A stretch of 64,000 nt of DNA from Tubulanus polymorphus (taxonomy: Eukaryota > Animalia > Nemertea), in assembly GCF_964204645.1 (NCBI RefSeq), contig NC_134030.1, positions 11,677,947 through 11,741,946 of the forward strand, given 5' to 3'. The translations under genes were made by a program, and so were the position numbers. Shown in pieces: positions 54,942 through 64,000 of the stretch. The notes beneath the pieces were generated by a model. It ran no database searches and was not told the origin of the DNA. It saw nothing but the letters and a program-made list of their open reading frames with translations. Each line of letters opens with the position of its first letter. Position 1 is the first letter of the stretch.

Positions 54942-55770
54942 AATTCGATGCATAACATACATTGATCAATTGATTACTAACGAAATTACGGACCAAAACG
55001 TCGGACGTAGGGAACATGTGTGACACACAGTAGGCCATCTGAGGTGCGTCTCAAGTCAAGTTGAAATTAAAAGTACTCCATTTTTAGGCCTTGTGTTAAC
55101 TTACCAAATATAGATAACTATGGCTGCAAGAGGTAATACGACCGCCTTCCACGAAAATTTGACTAAATTCTCCATTGCCACAACCTGTATAAGATGATAC
55201 ATGTCTTAATTTTTTCAGTCATGCATAGGCCATGCATAGAACAATTCGCCGAGAACCACCAGAAGCCTACTGTCTGTCACACATGCTCTTCGTGCGACGT
55301 TTTGGTCCGTAATTCCGTTGATAATCGGTTGATCTGTACATATTATGCATCAATTGGTTCAGTAAGGAATTTGCATTCAGAAATAAATCATGAACTGGCA
55401 GAAATTTGTTTGTGTTTTCTTCTATCAGCGATAGTTTACCTAGCATACGCTCGCGTAATGCTGAAAAACGGCTTTTATGGCCCGTCACTTGGCGCCACCT
55501 ACTGCATTTTGATATGCTAATGAGCAGGTGATGACGTCACTGTAACGTTTCCGAGCGTCCGCGGAGCGGATTTTTCAGCATTACGCGAGCGTATGCTGAG
55601 TAAACTATCGCTCATAAATGAAAACAAAAACAACTTAAGTGAAAATTGTTGTTTATTTCTGAATGCAAATTCCTCGCTGAACAAATTGATGCATAATAGT
55701 AGATAAACCGATTATTAACGAAATTACGGACCAAAACGTCGCACGGAGAGTAGGTGTGACATTCACTGAG
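54942..55770. mobile_element. Palindromic MITE family: fragment 54942-55030 plus a full copy ~55270-55760
   Basis: 55270-55470 is inverted relative to 55570-55760 around gtgatgacgtcac; 54931-55010 repeats the right arm. Confidence 0.7.
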
Positions 55771-55859
55771 AACCTTACTGTCAGTGGTATATCGCTAACG
55801 CGACCCCTGACACTAAGTCGCGGAAGCCATATACGCGGTGATTTTAAATTCTTTTTAAT

Positions 55860-56290
55860 TCAACTCTAATTATATCATCACTACTTAGCTCTCATTCATC
55901 CGATTTCAAAAAATAAACCATCATTGCAAACCTCTGATCTTTCTTGTTCTTACTGTTGTCTTTATTTAGTCATTTTGTCATCGTATTTTGTGTATGAAAC
56001 GATTTTTCATGACTTGTCAAATATCCACGAGTCGCGCAAAGCGGTATCTATTGTTGTGTTGCTAAGATATTGATTTTCTCATGCGGGCGAGTCTCGCGAG
56101 GAACCGTTTTCTGGTAAAACAAAAGCGGTACTAAAATATTTCTAGAGGCAATTTCCAGCCACTTGACCTTCAAATATATTCTTTGGAGTGTAAACAATGA
56201 CAAGATAACAACATAAGGTCAGTGTAGGTAGTTTATTTATTGAAATCGGATGAGTAGTTGCCGAGTACTGAGTGGTTAAAGTGCCGACTG
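55860..56290. mobile_element. Short palindromic MITE
   Basis: catccgatttcaaaaaataaac (55897) versus gtttatttattgaaatcggatg (56231). Confidence 0.5.
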
Positions 56291-56834
56291 AGCGACGTAA
56301 AATAACGACTGGGTGGGTGGTTCACGCGAGCTCTTTAGTATAGGCAGTATACGGAGCTCCGCGAACCGGCCATTCTCAGGACTGGGTGAAGTGTGACAGA
56401 CAGTAGCTACTCACTGCGAACTGATGGAAGCGACATGCTTTATTAATTAAAGTGGTAACCGTTTTAACAAAATGTCCATCTGCAAACCATTTCTCGATTG
56501 ATTGGCGGGCACGTTCATTAGAGCAAAAAGCATAAAAAGCGACTGAAATAACGACTAAAACACCGACAAGCATAATCATATCCATAATTCGAAAAAACGA
56601 CACGCTCAATAGTAACGGCTACTTCTAGGTTGCCATGGTTGCCGGTTTCTCGAAATAATTGTAAGTTCATTTATTCATCTTCAAGTCCGGTCTTATTTTT
56701 TTAAGACCGGACATTTTCTGTTCCAGAGAGAAGACTTAAGCTTAAGCCACAGTCTTACGTCTAATATTTTTAAGTCCGTCCATTAGTGGACTTAAATATT
56801 TAAAACCGGTCTTAACATCTAAGGAAAATACAAA

Positions 56835-58083
56835 ATGGCGCATTTACTTTTGGGTATCATTTTGCCAGCTCGAAAAGAAAGAGAATTTCTTTAGGTAACC
56901 CATTAGAAGTTTTTACCGCTGATGAGTTGAAAGAACGGTTTCGATTCAGGCCAGAGGGTATCGATTTTCTCGTGAGAACATTCGGAGCCGTGTTGACGCC
57001 TATACAGGATAACGAAAGAGGGAAACCAATCTCAGTATTTTGGCAGATTTTAATCGCGCTTCGGTTTTATGCCACAGGGCATTTTCTGCAAGTAATTGGG
57101 GATACTTTTGGTATAGCGAAGAGTTCCGTTTCACGCATAATAACTCGAGTAACAAATGCAATCGTTGACCAAATACCAAGATTTGTTAGATGGTCAACCG
57201 GTGAAAATACAAAGCGCGAGATAATGCAAGGATTCCATGAAATAGCCCATTTTCCATCAGTTATTGGGTGCATCGACTGTACACACATCCGAATACAAAG
57301 ACCACATCATCACGAAAATGACTACGGTACGTAAACCGCAAGCGGTATCATTCATTGAATATTCAAGCTGTTTGTGACAACAAAGGTAGTTAACCGTCAC
57401 CAAAGTATGATTGGCATATTTATATTTTCGTAGTTGATCAAAGAAATATTGATTCAGAAAATTGATATTTTCTAGGTCGTTTTACTAATGTAGTATCGCG
57501 CTGGCCAGGAGCCACTCACGACAGCCACATCCTGCGAACTTCACAAATCGGGAGGTAAGTTTCACATTTTCAAGAATTGTATTGAATATATATGCGCGTG
57601 TGCGTGCGTGTTACCAACTGAGGCGATTTCACTAAATATACTTTGTATTATAGGTATTTTGAGGAAAATTCTGCAATCGGAGGATTGAGAAATGGACTGG
57701 TTTTGGTAGACAGCGGTTATCCATTAAAACCGCACTTGATGACCCCATTTCATCAGCTCGGAAGAAAATTATAACAGGCCTCATCAGATGACTCGTAGCC
57801 TAATTGAAAGAACATTTGGAGTATTTGTCGTTTCCACTGTCTTCATGGCGAAATTCGTATGGGGCCAGAAAAAGTTTGTAAGATATTTTCGGCGTGCGCG
57901 GTTTTGCATAATATAGCGATCAACTTGAATGAACCTTTAAATTTTGATGAAAACTTTGAAGTCGATTTGCTAGAACAAGAGGCTGTTCGAGAAGTACTTG
58001 GAAATCGCGGGCAAGAAACAAGAAATCACATTGTTCAAGAATATTTTTTTGTAAAAATTCAACATCAAATATATATTGTTTGA
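56835..58083 (+). pseudogene. PIF/Harbinger (HARBI1-like) transposase with two introns, frameshifted
   Basis: ERFRF; QILIALRFYATG; IGCIDCTHI; introns 57386-57475 and 57555-57653; RWPGATHDS; DSGYPL..LMTP; IERTFG; CAVLHN. Confidence 0.92.
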
Positions 58084-58179
58084 GAATGTAACATTATATT
58101 ATTTATAACATGTATTGTATGGTAATATAAATTCAAAGAGTTAAACATAAAATAAATCATAACGATAACAATAATTGGC

Positions 58180-58925
58180 ATTTAATAAATTTAAATTTCT
58201 TGTTTTTTCAGTAAATTTAATTCTATTTTAAGTTTTTCGATTTCGAGGTCAGTCTTCATCATCTTTCTTTTCACATACTCCATCTGAAGCTCGATGAGCT
58301 CTGCCTGTGTCGCCGTTCTCTTTTTCTTGTTGCCTATAATCAAAAAGAATATTAAACTAAGCGTTCTATTCTAGTTCTTCAAAATTTGATTCATTTAGAA
58401 AAATATTTACCATCAGCCTTAGCTGAACTAGGCTGCTCAATTTCTGCTGCCTGTAGGCCTACTCCTGAAAAACACGTATACACGATATCAAGATACCAAG
58501 TCGGGTTGCAGATGGGATACAGTATACCGGTATGTAACGTTTCCAGTACTTACCTCCTTCAATCATAACATGCGGGACATCTCCCATAGCTGTTTCAATC
58601 AGAGTTACATTTTGGAATGGTTGATCTGCTTGGTCATCGCCTTTAAGGGTAAGAATATACTATTTATTCATAAAAGATTGAATAATTTCATACCAATATA
58701 GGGAATACCAATATAGAGCTGAAAATAACACGAAATACAATTTGTTTTATGTAGCATACTAGTACTACTCATTGCCTATTTTTTAAACAAAAAATACACT
58801 GGAATCATTTAAGCACCGTAAAAGAACTATATGTAAGCTTTACCTAGATTATTTGTCGTAATTGTGGTCAGAGGTCTTGCATTGGGAGCTTCAATATTTC
58901 CGATTTGCTCCGCTCCATCGTCTAA
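58180..58925 (-). pseudogene. 3' exons of the probable Harbinger partner (Myb/SANT-type) gene, convergent to the transposase
   Basis: Several short minus-strand exons ending in coiled-coil ELIELQMEYVKRKMMKTDLEIEKLKIEL; Myb domain itself not seen. Confidence 0.5.
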
Positions 58926-59277
58926 AATTAGAAATAATACGAATTTACGGGATTCGAACTATGCGTGAATTTAGCCATGCTAGCGTAGAATGGGAATATA
59001 CTTCATGGGAAAGAGCAGTCGCCTGACACTACGGTTTACGACGATGAGTTTATTAAATCATGTTTAATACTCGATTGCTATGGATTTAGTCGGGGATACT
59101 GTTCAGTCGTGCAATGCTAGATCGGAATATGGTTAAATATATATGTGGATAAGTCTTCGAATAGCTGTCAAGGTAGGAATCTTCCTATAAAGTCAATTAT
59201 TTTGGGATTCGATTCAAATGTTGCCAGTTAGCAGTTGCGCGCCAGTTAGCAGGTGCGTGATCAGATGACGTACTAGG

Positions 59278-59670
59278 TCAGGGTTAAGTGTCTATTGAGT
59301 TAGGGTTTAGAGGGTTAGGGTTTAGGGGGATTAGGGTTTAGAGGGTTAGGGTTTAGAGAGTTAGGGTTTAGAAGGTTAGGGTTTATAGGGTTTGGGTTTA
59401 GGGGGTTAGGGTTTAGAGAGTTAAGTGTCTATTGAGTTAGGGTTTAGAGGGTTAGGGTTTATAGTTATTTTTGTTCACTAGTATCATTAGGGTTTAGAAG
59501 GTTAGGGTTTATAGGGGTTAGGGTTTAGAGGGTAAGGGTTTAGAGAGTTAAGTGTCTATTGAGTTAGGGTTTATGGGGGTTAGGGTTTAGAGGGTTAGGG
59601 TTTAGAAGGTAAGGGTTAGGGTTTAGAGAGTTAAGTGTCTATTGAGTTAGGTTTAGAGGGTTAGGGTTTA
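59278..59670 (+). repeat. Interstitial telomere-like array (TTAGGG/TTTAGAGGG variants) with higher-order units
   Basis: gttagggtttagagg repeats punctuated four times by gttaagtgtctattgag. Confidence 0.95.
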
Positions 59671-59782
59671 GTTTTGTTTATGACGGATTTTACGATAGGT
59701 AAATGAGGATATAAAGAAATGAAAATTAGAATGAATACGGTAATAAGTAAAGATTTAAGTGTTTAATAATTGTTTGTTACAG

Positions 59783-60068
59783 ATACCTTATATCCAGCCC
59801 GGGAGAAGTGATCTTCAAATTCTCTGACTATTCCATGCCGGAAGAGTTTCAAGGATTCTTAAAACGATACTATAAAGCGCTGTTAGAAATGCACACCAAA
59901 CAAGTGGAATATAAATTTGGAGAAGATGCTTTAGCGATGTTTGGTGAATTCCACGATGACTATTACGTCAACGAAAAAAATGCGACGAATGACGACAACA
60001 AACGTGGAGTATTATCCAAAGTTCTTGGATACGTCGTTAGGCTGTCCGGTATTTTGAGAGTTAATTAG
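59783..60068 (+). pseudogene. Exon of a DUF3987/YfjI-like (helicase-related) gene
   Basis: Acceptor ttgttacag at 59782; RYLISSPGE...F..DALAMF..FHD...RGVLSKVLGYVVRLSGIL. Confidence 0.55.
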
Positions 60069-60130
60069 AGCATTAATAATAAAATTGTAAAAAGGAGCGT
60101 TTTTATTAGGATCGTTGGAATATAACACAA

Positions 60131-60405
60131 CCGTTCATACACCACGAGGAGCATCATCTGAAGACGTTAGAAAAGCACTACCGTTCATATTTACACGAAG
60201 AGGAGCACAATAGCACAGGAGCACGCGATCGTATTGCGATCGTATGCTATTCTTGCGATCGTATGCTATTCTTACAATCGTTAGAAAAGCACTTCCGTTC
60301 ATAGTTACACGAAGAGGAGCACAATAGCACAGGAGCACGCGATCGTACGCTAATCTTACGATCGTTAGAAAAGCACTACCGTGCTATAATAAAGAGGAGC
60401 ACAGT
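60131..60405. repeat. Tandem repeat with 80-115-bp units
   Basis: ttagaaaagcact.ccgt...agaggagcaca occurs three times. Confidence 0.85.
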
Positions 60406-60519
60406 AACATTACAATAGCAGTATAAAAGCATAGAATCGCAAAATCATTCAATAGCACATACTTTCTATAGAATAACGTCTATAAAAGCAAGAACATCAG
60501 AAAACATCATAAAAAATAA

Positions 60520-62252
60520 ATTCTCGCACACTCGAATTAATTTTCTATTTTTTACTCACTCGCCCCTTCAACCTTTGATATGAACCCCCCATATTCCCTA
60601 TGACTCTTAAAATATTCATATATATGAATAACATATAAATGAATAACTTTTAAAATCAATTTTAATAAAAAATTTAGTATTAAAATGGAAGCAAATAACA
60701 AGTACTACTGTCCAACATGTAAAATCAATATAGATAAATCCCAAAAAGCAAGACACAATAAAACTAGAACACATTTAGATAGACATAGTAGTGAATATTT
60801 ATATTTATATGTGTTAAATTCTTATTTTAACATGTAAAGTGTGAGTGAAATAATTTATATTTAAAACAGTGAATATTTATATTTATATGTGCTAAATTCT
60901 TATTTTTTAACATAAAAAGTGTGAGTAATGTGTGAGTTGAAGAAAATATCAATTTTAATAAAAAAATTACTTATAAATATGAATGAACAGATACTACAAT
61001 TCAAAGATATAGATTTAAATAAATTATAAAAATATTTTACAATTAAAAATTTCATTCCTATTAAAGATTTGATTGAAACTGCACGTTTCCGTTTTCAAGC
61101 GAAAAATATTACTGAATTAGTGTTTAAAAATCATTATCTAATAATAGAGTTATCGAGTGATAAAGATAAAATCTTATTCAATACAATAATTCCAAAATTC
61201 ACAACATTTGATGGAATAGTTAAACATGATTACATAATTACATAACTTAAACATAATTACAGATGAAATGCAATCACTTTTTAATAATGAAAATTCACAT
61301 AAAACATTATTTTTACACTTACGTTATTGCCCATTCAGAGAATGCTATGTTATGTTTTTCAGATTACAAGAGAAAAGATTTATCCCTGACATTCCAAATG
61401 AAGATGTGAGAATTCAAGATATTAATAAGTCATATAAAGATATAGGAACTCAATGTAATTTAGATGGTGAATTTTAGAAAATTCAATCCTAATGAAAAAG
61501 TGTATTGTTATTGCAGTGGTAAATATTTAAAATCACATAAATCAAAACATTATCAAACAGTTAAACATATCAATTATGAAAAAATAATAAATATATATTG
61601 AAATAAGATTAAGCTGTTTGTGTAGTTAAAGCATTGAGAAATTAGTTAATGAATAACTATTAGGTAATAAGTTTAATTGTTATTTGATCTGAAACATATA
61701 AAAGTTAAATATTTCTAAAATATTAAATATCTATCAATTTATTAATTTTTTTTCTTAAATAAATGGATGATTTCAGCATTCAAATTGGAAAAAGTGATTT
61801 GAAACATTATTTAGTTGCTGGAGGTTTAATATTGGCAGCATTATGTTTTTACTATGAGAACATTTCAAAAGATTTGATGAATGAAAATATAAAATTGAGC
61901 AAGAAATTAAAGAAGTTAAATGGAAACAATCACAGAAATAAAAAGAATAAAAAAGTTAATTTAGAAAATGATTTAGAGGATTAAAACAGCATCAATAATT
62001 TCATATATTTTGACTATAAAAATGAGTGAAAATAAGGTATTAGAAATATTACATCTAATATATAAAAATCAACAGAATATTAAATCAATTATAATGATTT
62101 CAGGTTTATTTTCTTTCTCAATTTACTCATTAAAACAGTTGTTAGAATTTTATGATAGCTGTAAAATTAGATACGCTGAATTGAGAGATAACATAAATTA
62201 TATTTCAGATAGATTGAATAATATTAAATGCTGTGAAATATGCAATAACTAG
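60520..62252 (+). other. AT-rich virus-like small-ORF cassette, copy 2
   Basis: Intronless packed ORFs: 60685 (CPTC...HNKTRTH zinc finger), 60979-61590 (broken; ends CYC.G.Y...KSKH..T.KH), 61763..61984 and 62010..62252 (each with one hydrophobic helix). Confidence 0.7.
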
Positions 62253-62436
62253 AAGAAACTTTAAAAGAGGACGTTCGTTTGTGAAACGCATGTAGACCCA
62301 GACACCTCCCACATTGATTGGAAAATTTGAATACCGGCTAGTCAAGTGTCATCCTACTGCGTCATTCAAAAATTATTCTTTGGAATTCAAAAATCTAGGA
62401 ATCAACCATAAATTCTGCCATAAGTTTTACATCTAT

Positions 62437-62590
62437 TCAAAAAATTGAGTAGGAGGCCGGTGAAGGTTTTAATGTTTTAAGTTAGTTCTCGTGAGACTGA
62501 ATGCAAGTGGATTTCAAAAAATTGAGTAGGAGGCCGGTGAAGGTTTAACGTTTTAAGTTAGTTCTCGTGAGACTGAATGCAAGTGGATTT
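62437..62590. repeat. Near-perfect ~77-bp tandem duplication
   Basis: ttcaaaaaattgagtaggaggccgg...gcaagtggattt occurs twice. Confidence 0.9.
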
Positions 62591-64000
62591 AGGGGTTGGA
62601 CTAGTCCTACCCTTCAGAAGCAAAAATAAATCCAAATGGCATAAAATACCCCTTTTGGTCCTATATATTCGGAGGGCCAAAGGAACCCCACCAATGTTTG
62701 CCTTGCACTTAGATAACCATAAAATAAAAGTAGTCAGGAAGTATTAATGGCAAGAAAACTTGAGTAAAATATTTATCAAACACATTTTATAACAGGATGT
62801 GATCTGTAGTCAAATGTGTGTCTGCCAGATGATGTTTCTTCTAGGCTGTTTATATCCTAGAAATTAAAAAAAAACAAAAACAACGACAATAGATATTTCA
62901 ATACATACATGTCCCCTGGACAAGAATTATTTCAGAGAGAGTCTACAAACGTGAATACTTGATTGTACAATCTAATGGCATATCAGTTGGCTCCAGTTGA
63001 AAAATCATTGGACAAAAGAAAAAATCAAAAAAAGTTTTGGCGCCAAAAAATATAATTTGTAGCCAGGTTTGTTTACACATATGCGCGATGCACGTGGTTA
63101 TATTATTGTTTACATCTGACGTCATCGGCAGATCGCAAGCCCCGCCCCACGTGTCAATCAAATGGCTTATAGGCAAAATGTTAAAAGAACCCTACTAAAA
63201 AACTATGCAGTGTAACAATCCGGGATTTTCGGTACAGAATCCGACGCCAAATACCTTTCTCTTAAAGATTTTTTGGTGTATATCGGATAAATAATAATTA
63301 TGATATTCACTTCATAAAATTTGAAGTGGATTGCTTCTGATTCATGGCGGCTGTATTTAGTCACGTAGGTCAAACTGACAGCATGTGTGTGCGTGTCGAG
63401 CGGACCAATGCGTAATTTTCAATGCTGCGAACGTCTCTAGATTCTCACAGGGCCTCTATGCGCTCACAAAGAATTAAGTTAAGTCACCATATATGTTGAC
63501 ACTCACCTTTAAAGAGACTTCGTACGGTCCTCTAAAGTTAACATCCACGATACAACGATTTAAAAAATGGCACTTCTGTCGATCACTATACCCTCTACGT
63601 CATCATAAGCAACACGTGATGTGTGATGTCACATAAACGGCATGAAGAGCATTTTTGCAAGAGGGCACGGCAAAAACTAACCAACTATTTTTAACCAAAT
63701 TCAATCCCAACTTGAAGACACCATTTCTGATGCGGAGTTTGAGGAAATCTCTAACTAACTGGCTTTAAGACGACCTTAAACGTATGTCAACCAAATCGGA
63801 AGTGCGTCATCAACCGGCAAACCGATCACATAAGGACGTTCGTCTAACGAACGTCCTACAAAGTATAAAAATGAAAAATCATTAAGGAATCACACGTATA
63901 TTCATGAATTAGATGATAGGTTTCATAATTCAAATTAAGATATATGATATTTCATAATACCCCCTTATGTCTTTATTGTCTTTAGTAGGCTTAGTACTTT

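Noticed and set aside
59278-59670. True telomere or chromosome-fusion site
   Set aside because: Short, degenerate, single orientation, with complex sequence on both sides.

Overview
AT-rich eukaryotic (metazoan, probably marine invertebrate) DNA. It has GT-AG introns and TTAGGG-type repeats, and is almost entirely nested, mostly decayed transposable elements. I can support no ordinary host gene, rRNA, tRNA or CRISPR array. Contents in order: Penelope-like fragments; a 31-bp minisatellite split by a Helentron/HINE-like element; a second HINE; piggyBac remnants; a Tc1/IS630-like remnant; BEL/Pao elements; a Ty3/Gypsy element with both a chromodomain integrase and a baculovirus-F-like env ORF; an 8.8-kb P-superfamily element; a second Gypsy pol; Harbinger elements; an L1/Tx1-like fragment; a Merlin element; a near-intact Penelope with an inverted pLTR and a hammerhead motif; and two diverged copies of an AT-rich virus-like small-ORF cassette, one beside a DUF3987-like exon and a telomere-like array. 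The best candidate for an undescribed system is the P-like element (26534-35312; ~235-bp TIRs, 8-bp TSD, second inner TIR pair). Its spliced transposase lacks both a THAP domain and the usual C-terminal domain, while a separate convergent spliced gene carries motifs resembling that missing domain, suggesting a split two-gene P transposase. All family calls come from motif recognition by eye, not database searches.
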